Notes: generated from the sequence alone by a model not told the origin. A DNA stretch of 64,000 nt from Felis catus (GCF_018350175.1 NC_058368.1:79856001-79920000); one strand, 5' to 3'; positions 1 to 12,146 are shown, counted from the stretch's first letter. Numbers and translations are program-made.

Positions 1-244
1 TAGGTCCTCATGAAGGAAGCCCAGACTTCTGTGGTCCAGAGAAACTGGAGCTGAGCCAAGCCTGAAAGGGGACTGAGGTGCCCTGAGCGGCAGGAGCCCA
101 GGGGAGGTGCTTGGGCTTCCCCCTCGCCCCAGGGGGCTTCCGGGCAGCTCTGGAGCCTCCCGGGATGGGGGTGGGAGGCAGGCTGTCTTTCTCGCACCCT
201 GATTAATGAGCTCCAGTGATGTGGAATCTCCAGCCCTCACAATC

Positions 245-650
245 GTGTTGACTGGGTTCCCTGAGCACAGATATGAGTCCCAACTCTGATACTTGCAGGT
301 GTGGCCCTGTTTGGAAGTTCAGAGGAGGGCGTACTGGAGTAGAGGGGCTCTAATCCAGTGGCCAGGGTCCTGACACGAACTGGGACACTGGAAACGGAGG
401 CAGTGAGAAGGCTGTGTGAGCAGAGGCACAGGCTGGGGTGGGGGGGTGGGGGGGCGGGGGCCTCAAGCCCAGGAGGACCCAGGCTCCAGCAGCCCCCAGC
501 AGTGGAAGGTCCTCTGCCAAAGCCTGCAGAGGGCACATGTCCCTGCCAACACCTTGACTTCAGACCTCCTGCCTCCAGAACCAGGCCAGTAAACTCTCTT
601 GTCCGGCCCCCCTTTTGCCGCACTGTGTCTCAGCCGCCCCCAGCGAACAG
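245..650 (+). mobile_element. MaLR/MLT1-type solo LTR
   Basis: MLT1 hallmarks gtggccctgtttgga, ctaatccagtg, gccaacaccttgacttcagacctcctgcctccagaac. Confidence 0.7.
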
Positions 651-866
651 AGAAACTATTGCAACCCCCGTTTTCCAAGTGAGGACTGCGAGGCCCAGAA
701 TACCATGTCACTCCACTCAGAGGACATGCCCCTGGATGGATCCAAGGCCTTGTCCCTGACTCCCCAGTCCACCCAGGAAGTGCCCAGGCTCAAAGGGTCT
801 TACTGGCATCTCCTCTCCAGGGCTGGCTCATGGCCCTGAACTAAGGGACACTTTATCATAGTGATA

Positions 867-1064
867 CATATATTTTTACATTTATTTTTGAAAGACAGAG
901 AGCACAAGCAGGGAAGGGACAGAGAGAGAGACCCAGAATCTGAAGCAGGCTCCAGGCTCTGAGCTGTCAGCACAGAGCCCTACACGGGGCTCGAACCCAC
1001 TAACTGCGAGATCATGACCTGAGCCGAAGTGGGACACTTAACCGACTGAGCCACCCAGGCGCCC
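867..1064 (-). mobile_element. CAN-SINE (SINEC_Fc type)
   Basis: tRNA-derived head, CT tract, A tail; TSD ttatcatagtgata 853-866/1066-1079. Confidence 0.93.
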
Positions 1065-1562
1065 ATTATCATAGTGATAAAGTGTGCAGCAGCGGCCAGA
1101 GAAGAAGCTGTGAGAATTAGGATCCAGAGGGCCATGGTCACGTGGTTCAGTGTTTGCAGGTTCAGAGGGTGGTGCCAGGCACCCCCCCCCCCATGGAGTT
1201 TTCATTATTTCTGGCTTCCCTGGTTACTCTCTGTGCATCCAAAGACGCGACCCCCCAGGGGACATCCAGGCAGACCCGGGGGTGTAGAGTGGGGGCAGCA
1301 GGGCTCCCAGCCGGAGTCTCCTCATATAGAGCTGGTGTGGGGGGCACCGGGCAGCACCCCCACGTCACCCTGACAAGCCCGAGCCTTCTGGTCTGGGCCA
1401 GGAGGCAAAATGCCTCCTCCTGTGTCACCTAATACGCTGATGAGTCATTCAGGAGATGTTGACCCACGCTTGAGACCGACCCAAGGGCGGGGCAGCCAGA
1501 GGACTACTTCCCTAACCTTCGGAGCCACAGAACGGGTGGCCCAAGGGATGTGCCGGCAGGAG

Positions 1563-1710
1563 AGTGTGCGTGTGCCCCCGTGCACGTGTGAGCATGTGCA
1601 GTGAGTCTGCGGGTGTGTGTGTAGGTGTGAGTACACGTAGTGAGTCTGCGGGTGCGCGCGCACCCGTGAGCGTGAGCAGTGAGTCTGCGGGTGCGCACAC
1701 GTGTGAGCGT
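1563..1710. repeat. 39-bp period minisatellite, about 3.5 copies
   Basis: gtgagtctgcgggtg recurs at 1601, 1640, 1679. Confidence 0.85.
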
Positions 1711-2700
1711 GCGGCCCGTGGGCGCCTTGGCCGGCCGGCTGCTAGAACGCGGCTCCGCGGACAGGGTGGCTCACGAACAAACGGAACCGCATCGCTCACA
1801 CGTCTGGGGGCGGCCGTCCAGGATGGGGGGGCCGGGAAGGCCCCCTCTGGCGCAGACTTGGCGCTGTGTCCCCGTGGAAGGCCCCGGGAGCTCCGCGGGG
1901 GGGTGGGGGGGGAGGGAATCTCCTTGATTGGAACGCTCATCCTCTCACGACCCCACCTGACCCGAATCACCTCCCAAAGTTCCTCCCCCAAATAGCGTCA
2001 CACGGAGGGATTTCAGCACGTGAACTTGGGGAGGACACTGCAATCAGACCATAACAGCGCGTGTGTGCGTGTGCTTCTGTGTGCGCGTGCTTCTGTATGC
2101 GCGTGTGCTTCTCTGTGTGTGCGCGCACGCAAGCGCGAGCGCGGAGGGTGGGGGTGGGGGCGGGGGCGCCGGCGGTGGCCCCACTGGAACGGCCGCCTTC
2201 CGTCCGCGGAGCCGCCCCCTGGGGACGGGGCGCGGGTTTGGGGGAGGCTCCGCCCGCTTTCCGCGGAGTGTGCTGCCACCTGGAGGGAGGGCGGTGTCCG
2301 GCCTGGGGGAGGACGCCGCTCGTTGCCGCCGGGGGATCCTGTCCCTGCGCGGGGACGAGGGCCGACGCGGGGGCGGGGAGGTGGGCAGGCAGGAGCTAAG
2401 AGCCGGAGGCCGCACTCGGAAGCGCCCGCTGGCGCGTTTCTCCCCAAACAGCCGCCTCCTGCGTTGGGAAGGCTGGGTGGTGCCCGCCGCCCCTGCTGTG
2501 TCGCCTCCCGCGTGCCTAGGGGACGGATCCTCCTGCGGCTGCGCGCCGGCCAGCAAGATGCGAGCCAGTTCTCTGAAGGGGGACGAAGTCCTGTTGGGTT
2601 GTCTCGTCAGAAGCCGCCACCTTACATCCCCGCGCCCCGCCCTGGACATCCCCGCAGCCTTCGCGGGCCTCCCCGGAGGGCACCCCGGAGAGACACCTGC
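1640..2700. promoter_or_regulatory. Orphan CpG island
   Basis: About 1 kb of very GC-rich, CpG-dense sequence with GGGCGG boxes; no associated coding gene. Confidence 0.7.
1770..2056 (-). mobile_element. MaLR (MLT1/MST-like) LTR fossil within the CpG island
   Basis: aatcacctcccaaag...gtgaacttggggaggacac...atcagaccataaca matches the reverse MaLR LTR 5' end. Confidence 0.6.
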
Positions 2701-2828
2701 AGACTCACACTTCTGTCTTCCAGACAGTCCAAGAAAATGGCATTGTGCCATTTGTAAGTCAGTTAATTCTGAGCGTACTTCTCCCTGCCTCAGCGTGCTT
2801 ACAACATGGACTGATGCTTTATTATTAT

Positions 2829-2920
2829 TATTATTATTGATATTATTATTCTACTACTACCATTATGAAAACTCTATTACTATTGATATTATTATTCTAC
2901 TACTACCATTATGAAAACTC
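2829..2920. repeat. 46-bp AT-rich tandem duplication
   Basis: 2835-2874 is identical to 2881-2920. Confidence 0.92.
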
Positions 2921-3447
2921 CCTGCTCGGGTACCGTCTCACGTGCTACGGTGCAGGTGTTGGAGAACTAGGAGTGTTTCACTGCCCCCCCCCAGACCAGC
3001 CAGCGCCCCGCGACCAGCAGAAGGAGGCTACTGCTGAGCCTTCCTGCGAAGGCAGCTCCCGGGGCACTTAACGAGCTTGTCCTGCGTGTAGGTGGCCAGG
3101 CCCTCCGGCCACTCCCCCTCCTGCAGAGAAACCCGGCCTGCTTCAGCCCTGTCCTCGGAGGGGATGCCTCGCAGGACGCATGAAGAGGCTGCCGGCTCAA
3201 CCCCCAGTGCAGCAAACCAGGGTCCTGGTCCCTGATCTCTAACCACCTAGACTTTCTGAAGGTGCCCCCCACCCCACCCCACCCCTGCCCACGCCTGCAG
3301 TGCCCACCGTGGGGTGTGGCCTTCTCAGGTCCCTAAACTCAACAAACAAGGTAAAGGCCGCAGGGAAGGAAAGAGTCACAAAGTGTTTGGACTTTTCAAA
3401 CTGATGGGGAAAATCAGGTGAGAAGGGGCACTTGCCCACATTAGATC

Positions 3448-3503
3448 TTTCTTTTTCTTTTTAAGTTTATTCTTGAGAGAGAGAGTGCAGACAGGGGAGG
3501 AGC

Positions 3504-3546
<43 letters not shown>

Positions 3547-3675
3547 CCCAAGCAGGCTCCATCTGCACTGCCAGCGCAGAGCCTGATGTGGGGCTCAAAC
3601 TCACAAACCGTGAGATCATGACCTGAGCAGAAATCAAGAGCTGGAGGCTTAACCAACTGAGCCCCCCACATGCCC
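3448..3675 (-). mobile_element. CAN-SINE with expanded (GA)n
   Basis: Reverse SINEC body. Confidence 0.9.
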
Positions 3676-3815
3676 TGTCAACCAGATCCTTCTTGGGATG
3701 ACACTGGCAGGGAAAATAAACATTGCCATGAGAGGCATTGGTGAACGAATGCTTTGGAAAGTTGAAAAAAAATCAGTCAAACCCTCTCTACATTCTTTTC
3801 AAAGTTCTACACTCA

Positions 3816-4007
3816 GGGGGCACCTGGGTGGCTCAGCCGGTTAAGCATCAACTTGTGTTCAGGGTCACGATCTCAGGGTTCACATGTCGGGCTCTGTGCT
3901 GACAGCTCAGAGCCTAGAGCCTGCTTCCAATTCTGTGTCTCCCTCTCACTCTGCCCCTCTCCCACTCGCTCTCTCTCTCTCTCTCTCAAAAATAAACATT
4001 AAAAAAC
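3816..4007 (+). mobile_element. CAN-SINE
   Basis: ggggcacctgggtggctcag head; diverged TSD aaagttctacactc/aaagttatagactc. Confidence 0.9.
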
Positions 4008-4219
4008 AAAGTTATAGACTCCGACCACAGGGTTGAGGCTGTCGTATTAACAAGATAAAGCGTCAGACTTGCCACATGGGTCTGTCTGTCCTGGGGGAAC
4101 ATACTCTCCTACCATCTCTGCTACCAGAGGGGCCTTTTCTAATAAAAAATTCAGCACGTGGCTCCCCTTAAAAACCACGGTATCTCCCTAATTTCTAAAC
4201 CTGTAGGCCTTCACAGGCT

Positions 4220-4960
4220 GTGTTAGATAGCTGTTACTGATAGCAAATTGCCACAAAACTTAACTGCTTCAGACAACAAACACGTGTGATCACAGTTTCC
4301 AGAAGAGTTGAGCCGGGCATGTGTTCGGATGCAGGTGCTATTTGTATCCAGGTGTGGTGAGGCCAGCAGACCAGGAGACAGCAGCCGCCACTGAGAAGCT
4401 GTGCTCAGAGATCCCGGGAGGAGGCCACGCTGCGCCTGCAGAGCGGGACCACAGAGGAAGGAACAGGAAAAGGCTCCCACCTCTTGGACTGATCTTGGAC
4501 TTCCCGGCCTCCAGAGCGGCAAGAAATAAATTCTGTTGTTTATAAGCCCCCCGTCTGTGGTATTCTACTGCAGTGGCCCGAATGGACGAAGACTTTGGCA
4601 GCCTCTAGGAACTGGCCAGCCCTGGGAGGGGCAGCATCTCCAAGGTCAGCAAGGCCCCCGATGTCAAAACATCAGAAAATACAGAAAACCATGGTATGGT
4701 TAGTACAGGGTGTTTCTGGCTCACGGCTTGAGAGAGCTGAGGGTTCCCGTGGCGGGTGGCTGGAGGGCTGGGGTCCTTATTACACGGTCTCTCCATAGGG
4801 TCACTTGAGTGTCTGCATGACACGTACCCGGCAAACCGCAGCATGCATGATCCCAGAGAGAATGCCTAGAGGAACCGTGGGGACTTTTAATGGCCTTGTC
4901 TCTGAACCCACACACCTTCCCCTCTGCCTGTGTCTTCTTTGTTAGAAGCACATCACTGAG
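4220..4960. mobile_element. Nested MLT1 LTR fragments (reverse element interrupted by a forward 3' piece at about 4350-4595)
   Basis: gatcttggacttcccggcctccaga...aataaattctgttgtttataagcc (+) inside gccacaaaacttaactgctt...cacagtttcc (-). Confidence 0.55.
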
Positions 4961-6049
4961 TCCAGCCCACTGTCCGGCGGTGGGGAGGAAGAGAGAGACT
5001 CTGCGGATGCTTTTGAAAACCACCACACAGGCTGAACCAGGCTCTATTTCCAGCCCTGCCCCCACCCCAGCCCAAGTCCCTCAGCCCCATCCCTTGCTTT
5101 TTAACCAAAGGCTCCCGTGAGAAGCACCAAGAGAGGTGGTTTTCAATCCACACGCCCAGGAGGCACCGCCCCGGGGCCTTGCTGAGGTCTGCACCGCCCC
5201 CAGGCGCAGGGCACGTGGCATCTCCGTGGGCCTCTTGGGCAACCGTCTTGGTCTGCCTAGCCCCCTGTCCGCATTATCTCTGGAACACTCAGGAACACCA
5301 TCTTCAGTCAGCTTCGATGCCACCTGCTATGTGAACCCCTCCCGGAGCCCTCATCCGGCACGAGGAATTACTACCAGGATCACCCCGGACATGAGTGAGG
5401 CCGAGAGTATGTGATGCTAAAATCAGAGAGTATGTGCTTTTCTTTATAGTGAGACCGGGAGTTCCTCAAAGGGAGACACAGACACATGGACACTATGTCC
5501 CCAGCATCTGTCCCCTGGGGATGGTCAAGTTATATATTCTGGCTAAATGAATGACCCAGGGGAAAGTTAAGTGGTCAGTCCCCAAAAGCATGTCTAGGAG
5601 ACACCTGGGGAAGGAGCAAATTTCCCACCTGTAACTATATCCTCCCAACACCCAACTTTCTGCACACATGTGCTTATATGAGCTCTCCCGGCACAGGTCT
5701 GTTCTGACTCAGGGCATTTGTCCCTTGCCCTGTTACGGACCAGTGTCATTTCTCTTGGGAACTTGGCCCTTTTGTGTCTTCTGGCTAGATTCACTGCCTC
5801 CAGGCTGCACAGCTTTCCTCGGATGGCCCGTCCATCCTTAGGCAGTGTCTTATATTGTTGTCTGGTCTCGTGTGCAGATCTCTCAACCGTCCCATCAACT
5901 CCCGAGAGCAGGACCGTGCCTTCTGCCCATCTGGTCTTTATGGCTTTGACACCGAGCTTTCAGCAGCTACGTGTGTGAGTTGATGGATGTTTTCAGCAGG
6001 CCCACGTCTTAGAGCAACATGTTCTACCTGTTGTGTAAAGACTGCTTCC

Positions 6050-6380
6050 AACTTGGTAGAGTTCTTGCCATTTTTCGAGAAGCACAGAGACGTGAGGTGT
6101 GTCCCAAGTGTGGGGATAACGGTCCCACTATATTCTGAATGGGGGCACCACATCCAGCGTAATGACTTCAGTCGTGGGTACCATGAGGATCAGTGAAAGA
6201 ACCTGGGGTAGCCCAGGCAACGTCTCACATTTCTCTTCAAGAAAGGACTCTGCTGTTTATGACCATTACGTCAGTCAGTCACGTCACGCTTCGAGTTAGG
6301 CAGGACAAGACTGTTCCTCTGTTAACAAATAAACTGAGGCCCAGGAAGAGTAAGTGACCTGCTCAGGCCATAACTGGGCT
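6050..6380. mobile_element. MIR fragments
   Basis: aaactgaggcccaggaagagtaagtgacctgctcagg core; reverse fragment near 6100-6200. Confidence 0.5.
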
Positions 6381-6981
6381 CTTTTCTTTCCTTCACCCCG
6401 TGGAGGCCTCTATGTGGCCTGAGCAAAAGCAGACAAAAGGGAGAGATTTTCACCGGCTACAAGTGCTCGGAAGATGTCATAGTAAATCGTGAGGCACAGA
6501 CGCGTCCTGTGCCCTGTAGGGCGTGACCAGTGCCAAGAAGACACAAGAAGGGCAAGGCTGGCCAACAGAAGAAAAACGTTCCAGAAACATGATCGGACTA
6601 GTGATGAACTAGGCTGCCTCATCCCGAAGGCAGGTGCCTGAAATGGTTAGCATTTAAGTAGATGCTGCCCGCAGATCATCTGTCAGACAACCTACAGATG
6701 CAGATCAGGAGAAGCAACGGAATCTGATCAAAATTCTCGCATTTGTGCAAATGGCAGAGTGCGTGGAACTTTCTAGAATACCGCAGAGTATTGAAACAGT
6801 ACCTTCAATACACAACATGTAATCTATACTAGCGTTAAAACATGCCTGCATGTGTGTGCTGGCATGTGCCTATACGTTGCGGGAACACATGTATGTCCGT
6901 GACAAGCCAAGGTGTGGAGAGTGCTGTGTTGGTAGAAAAGAAGACGCAGGCAGCAAAGATGGAAGGGAAAAGTGGAGACAC

Positions 6982-7007
6982 TTTTTTTTTTTAATATTTA
7001 TTTATCT

Positions 7008-7048
<41 letters not shown>

Positions 7049-7210
7049 CGCGAACAGGGGAAGGGCAGAGAGAGAGGGAGACACAGAATCCGAAGCAGGC
7101 TCCGGGCTCCGAACTGTCAGCACAGAGCATGATGCAGGGCTCGAACCCAGGAACCGTGAGATCATGACTTGAGCTGAAGTCGGACGTTTAACCAGCCACC
7201 CAGGCGCCCC
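6982..7210 (-). mobile_element. CAN-SINE
   Basis: Reverse SINEC_Fc body. Confidence 0.92.
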
Positions 7211-8371
7211 TAACCATCTGTTTGTTTCTTCATGTGCTTTCCAGCCACCATCAGGTGGGGCTGCCAGCTGAAAACGCAGGCTCCTCTCCAAATCAGCTCA
7301 AGAGCTCCTGGAGAAGGTACACTCTAAGGTCTCATCCATCACTTAAATTCTATGGTTTTATGGTTTGATCGGCAATTATTCCTTTCTAACTTATAGAGTA
7401 GTGATTCTCAAAATGTGTCCACAGCCCACCTATGGGCAAAGCCAGGAAGTAATCATTCCCTTAGTGGCTCTTGGCAAATGATGCTCACGTAGGTAGATAC
7501 TCACTCTATATATGACTGAGGACCAATCACTGGTAATCTAGTGAGAGGAAACGAAGAGGGACTTCAGTGGAAATTTGTGAATTAAAGTTCCCACCTTTCC
7601 AGAGTGTCCTGAAGATGCTACTTCAGCATTTAACTAAAAAATCTGGCTCGAAAGTCCTGTTTGATGTGTTCTAGAATTCAGACAAATGTCAGGACTCTGC
7701 CACAGGTTGAACAGAGGCTGTTATGAGCAGTTCCTTTGTTCTAATCCTGTTTTCACATGATCACATTTCACTTACTTGTAAATGTGTTCATGGGGAACTT
7801 TGTAAACTCGACAGCGGTTAGTGATTCAAAGTTGCATTAGCAATATTTTTTAGTGTATAGTTTTCCAATGTGGACATGAAAAATTCATTTCCTTCTAGCT
7901 CAGACAAGCTTCATCCACTGTTTCTTGCTCCAATAGTTGAATCATTCATCACCCCCCTCCCACAAAAACAAAAAAAAACAATGCAACACTCCGTTATTAC
8001 CACCAAAATAGTTATCTTCTGGGAAATGGAGATCTGTGATGGGTGAACTGCATCAAGCTTTTTGACAACCACTGTCCCAGGTCTGTGCCCAACTTTCGCA
8101 CCTCCAGGTTTATGTCCAAGTTTAGTGAAGACATTCCTGTGTTCTTGTTCTGCATGGTTCTGTGAAAATGAGGGTGAAGATACAGAACACACAAGAGTGG
8201 CTTTACCACTCTGGAACTGAGTGACCCCCTTCCAAATTCACATCACACACCTGTGTGTAAGGCGTGCCCAAGTGCCCGGCAAGGCTAAGCGATGCCCTGT
8301 GGTGGCGCTGGCTCACTGTAAGGCTGTGTTCTCCTGCTTTGCCCAAAGCAGCAAGCCAGGTCTGTGGGCTC

Positions 8372-8880
8372 TGTGGTGGACTGAATAGCGACCCTGTAAA
8401 GATGTCCACGTGCTAGTCCCAGGAAACCCTGAATATGTTCCCTTACCTATCAAAGGACTATGAAGATTTAAAAATGGAATTAAGGTGGCTAATTAATGGA
8501 CCTCAAAATAGAGACGTTATCCTGGATTATCTGCATGAACCCAATATAGTCATAAGGGTCCTTAAAAGTGAGAGTGGGAGACAGACGAAGAGAGTCAGAG
8601 GAAGATGTGACCACAGAGGCAGCCTGGAGGGATGTAAAGAAAGCCTGACCAGCCATCGCTGACATGGACGATGGAGGAAGGGGTCACAGCCAAGGAACGT
8701 GACAGTCTCTGGACACTGAAACAGGCAAGGACACCGATTCTCCACTGCAGCCTCCAGAAGGAAGCAGCCCAACACAAAACTTGATTTCCGCTCAGGCTGC
8801 AAACCTACAGAGCTGTAAGATAATAAATGTGTGTTTGTGCAAGCCGCTGGCTCTGCGGTGATTTGTTACAGCAGCAATAG
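8372..8880 (+). mobile_element. MLT1 (D/E-like) solo LTR
   Basis: tgtggtggactgaatag...aaagatgtccacgt...atcctggattatct...ataaatgtgtg...tttgttacagcagcaatag. Confidence 0.8.
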
Positions 8881-9224
8881 CCTTGCCCCAGGCATATGTT
8901 TTCAGAGATCCCAGGGAGACAAAGGGCTGGCAAGATAGGGAGGAAAACACAGGGAAAGATGAATCTTATTTTACCAGGATTACCTCCAATATTTAAATAA
9001 AGGAAATTCACAGCACATTAATTGCTTTTCATTCTGTTTTCTCCCTGGCCAGCAAAGGTCTTGTGTGTGTTCACGCATTCACTCAACTAGCAACCATTCG
9101 TTCAGAGTGTTTTACATGCACTAAGCCAGAGTCGGGACATTTTTAAAAACAAATTTTTTAAAGTACTCACCCTTCTTCAAGAAGTTGATAACAGAGGAGA
9201 AAGAGGAAAACGCGACACACACAC

Positions 9225-9495
9225 GGTGAGCGGGTGGCTGGTGAGCATGCGGCGGGACGTGACTGGTGAGCGTTGTAGCGGGACGGGATTGGTGAATATG
9301 CACCAGGGCGGGATTGGTGAGCGTGCGGCGGGACGTGATTGGTGAATATGAGCGGGACGGGATTGGTGAATATGCAGCAGGGCGGGATTGGTGAGCGTGC
9401 GGCGGGACGTGATTGGTGAATATGAGCAGGGCGGGATTGGTGAGCGTGTAGCAGGATGAGATTGGTGAACAGGTGGTGAGACGGGATTGGTGCCC
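9225..9495. repeat. 24-26 bp minisatellite with an ATTGG (CCAAT) core and 74-bp higher-order structure
   Basis: ATTGG at 9288, 9313, 9338, 9362, 9387, 9412, 9436, 9461, 9486; degenerate units at 9237 and 9262. Confidence 0.95.
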
Positions 9496-10089
9496 TGAGG
9501 CAGAGGACAAAAGGTGCAGGGGGCATCCAGCCGAGAGAGCCCAGGCTTGGTGGAGAAGGGGCGCTTCAGACCCAAGATGACGTGTGTGTTTGCAGATCAG
9601 CCAGAGTCCCCAGGTGGACGGAGAGGGCGACAAGAAGAAAGGTGCAGAGTAATGAAAGGCCAAGCCGGGTGCCTCAGGGCACAGCAGTGTCTGGAATGTT
9701 TGGGGCTCTTGTCGGAAAGTTCCTATGAAGTGTCCACCGTGTTTTCCGATTGAAGAAAGGAAAAAAGTTAAAGAGGGAAAATGGTTTTTGTGTGCCAGCA
9801 CAAGTAAAAGGCCATTGTTATGAGAACTACCCAAATTTTTCAAAACAGTTTGCAGAGGGGACGACCCCACCCAGGGCCATCGCACAAGGAGTCCGAGGCT
9901 CCGACAACATCACATTGGCACCGCCAGCCTCCACCCAACACGTGTTCAGGAGGGAATTCGCTTAAACAGAACAGGAAGAAAACATCACAGCTGGGCAGTG
10001 CCTGGTGAGCAGAGGCAGAAGGAGAAGGGCGCCCTTGCCACGTCACCCCTACCACGGGCAGGAGGGGAGAGGGAGCGCACCAGGACCGG

Positions 10090-10285
10090 TTTTTTTAAGT
10101 TTATTTATTTTGAGAGAGAAACAGCATGAGTGTGGGACAGGCAGAGAGAGTGGGGGAGAGAACCCCAAACAGGCTCCACGCCCTCAGCACAGAACCCAAT
10201 GCAGGGCTCGATCCCACCAGCCATGAGATCATGACCTGAGCGGAAATCAAGAGTCAGCAACTCAACCACCTGAGAACCCCCCCAC
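10090..10285 (-). mobile_element. CAN-SINE
   Basis: Reverse SINEC body. Confidence 0.88.
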
Positions 10286-10984
10286 CCCTCGCCCCGGGCG
10301 ACTCTGCTCTAGTACTATTAACGCTTGTGACTGCTTCTCACCTGGCCGCCTCGCTGGCCCCACTTGCCTGAACATCGAGGCAAGACTAGGCACCCATCCC
10401 AAAGTGGGGTAAAATAGGGTGTGAAAAAATCCAATAATTGTTAATACTCTCAGGTCGACGTTTCCAACACCATGTTTTTCCCCAACACGGTCAGCGTGGC
10501 CCTCAACATGACACTGTATTGAGAGAAAAAGAGCACCAGTGAGCCCGGGGTAACGTGGACCTGCATGGGGAGCCAGTTCCACCCCACCCCAACCCCACCC
10601 GCCCCTGCCGTGCAGTGTGGATAAGCCTCTGCCTGCCCAGTGCCTGTGACAAGAGGCCACGAGGGTGTCTCATGGGGTTGATGGCAGGTGTCAGGGACAA
10701 CAGTGGCTGCCCTGGCCAAGCACCTTCTGCATGATGGCTGCTTGCCATTTATCGCCTCCTGCCCCAGATGAGATCGCCAACCCTAAAGTGGTCAAGTAAA
10801 TTATTTGTTTAAAAATCTAAGTAGATTAGAGGCAGGACTGGGTTCCCAAATGCTTTAATAACTGACTCTAAAAAAAAGTTTTAAATTCCTGATTATGCAG
10901 CATTGCCCATTTCCATGCTGTAAATTAGTCCTCCGCGGATTTGAAGCCCTCGGGAGCAGGTATAAGCAGGCTCCAGCCTATCAC

Positions 10985-11940
10985 TGCATATGGAGTCTAA
11001 GATAAATAATGAGACCATAAAAGTTTCAGGAGAAAACATGGGGGATTCCTCTAATGTCTCGAGACAGAGAACTTTCAAAGTAACAATTCCACATACAGAA
11101 GCCATTTTTAAAAAGATGAAAACTTTGAATTTACTTCAAAAATTCTACATTCCAAAATTAAGATTAAATTTCAAATTCTAAAACCATAGGAAAAACAAAA
11201 ACTAATAAAACTATTTGCAATTTTACTGCAGAACTTCTCTAAATAACTTTAATAAAACCAACAACCCAATAGAAAACTACAAAATGACATGAACCATAGC
11301 TTCAAGAAAAAGAGAAATCAGGGGCGCCTGGGTGGCCCAGTTGGTTGAGTGTTCAACTCTTGACTTCAGCTCAGGTCATGATCTCACGGTTCATGGGTTC
11401 GGGCCTGGTGTCAAGCTCTGGGCTGACAGTGCTAAGCCTGCCTGGACTTTTTTCTCTCCCTCTCTCTCTCTCTGCCCCTTCCCTGCACTCTCTCTCTATC
11501 TCTCTCAGTAAATATTAAATAAATAAATAAATAAATAAATAAACTTAAAAAAATAGAAAAACCAAAGAATCCTTCACTGTATTGAAAGATGTCCAACCTC
11601 ACGCATAATAAGAGAAACGAAAATAGGTATTTCTGACCTATAGACATTTCTACGAAGAGTACCTTGTGTCACGGAGGCTGAGAAGTCATCTGCGCCCACT
11701 GTTGGTGGAAATTCCCCCCAGAAGGAAAATTCATAACATCCATCAAAATGTGAAGTGCTGACACTCTTTGACCCAGGGATCAGTTTCTGGGAAGTTACCC
11801 TAGAGCTGTACTTTGGGTTATTTATGGCAGGATTTTGGCGACAGCAAATTATTAAGCAACCCAAAAGTCCCTAAATAGGGGAATAGTTCAGTAGAGTATG
11901 ATCCAGCCATATCGTGGAGTACGTGCAGCTGTAAGAAAGG
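10985..11940 (+). mobile_element. Old L1M 3' fragment interrupted by a SINE
   Basis: Decayed ORF2/3'UTR motifs such as aaaagtttcaggagaaaacatggggga and aacaacccaatagaaaa. Confidence 0.65.
11321..11555 (+). mobile_element. CAN-SINE
   Basis: ggggcgcctgggtggcccag head, (AAAT)n tail. Confidence 0.92.
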
Positions 11941-11947
11941 ATAGAGA

Positions 11948-12146
11948 GGGGCGCCTGGGTAGCTCAGTCGGTTGAGCGTCAGCCTCTTGATCTCGGCTCA
12001 GGTCATGATCTCTTGGTCCATGAGTTCAAGCCCCGCATCGGCCTCTGCGCTGACAGTGAGGAGCCAGCGTGGGATTCTCTCTATCTGCTCCTATTGCCTC
12101 TCTCTCTCTCTCTTTCTCAATATAAATAAATTAAAACTTTTAAATA
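11948..12146 (+). mobile_element. CAN-SINE
   Basis: SINEC head, CT tract, tail. Confidence 0.9.

Noticed and set aside
2013-2914. Long overlapping ORFs (235-283 aa) in the CpG island
   Set aside because: Open on both strands and in several frames, low-complexity R/G/P content, no domain; expected from stop-codon scarcity in GC-rich DNA.
9121-9885. 254-aa ORF and companions with repeated peptides; also a CRISPR-like look
   Set aside because: These are translations of the CCAAT minisatellite. The spacers are variants of each other rather than unique, there are no cas genes, and the DNA is mammalian.
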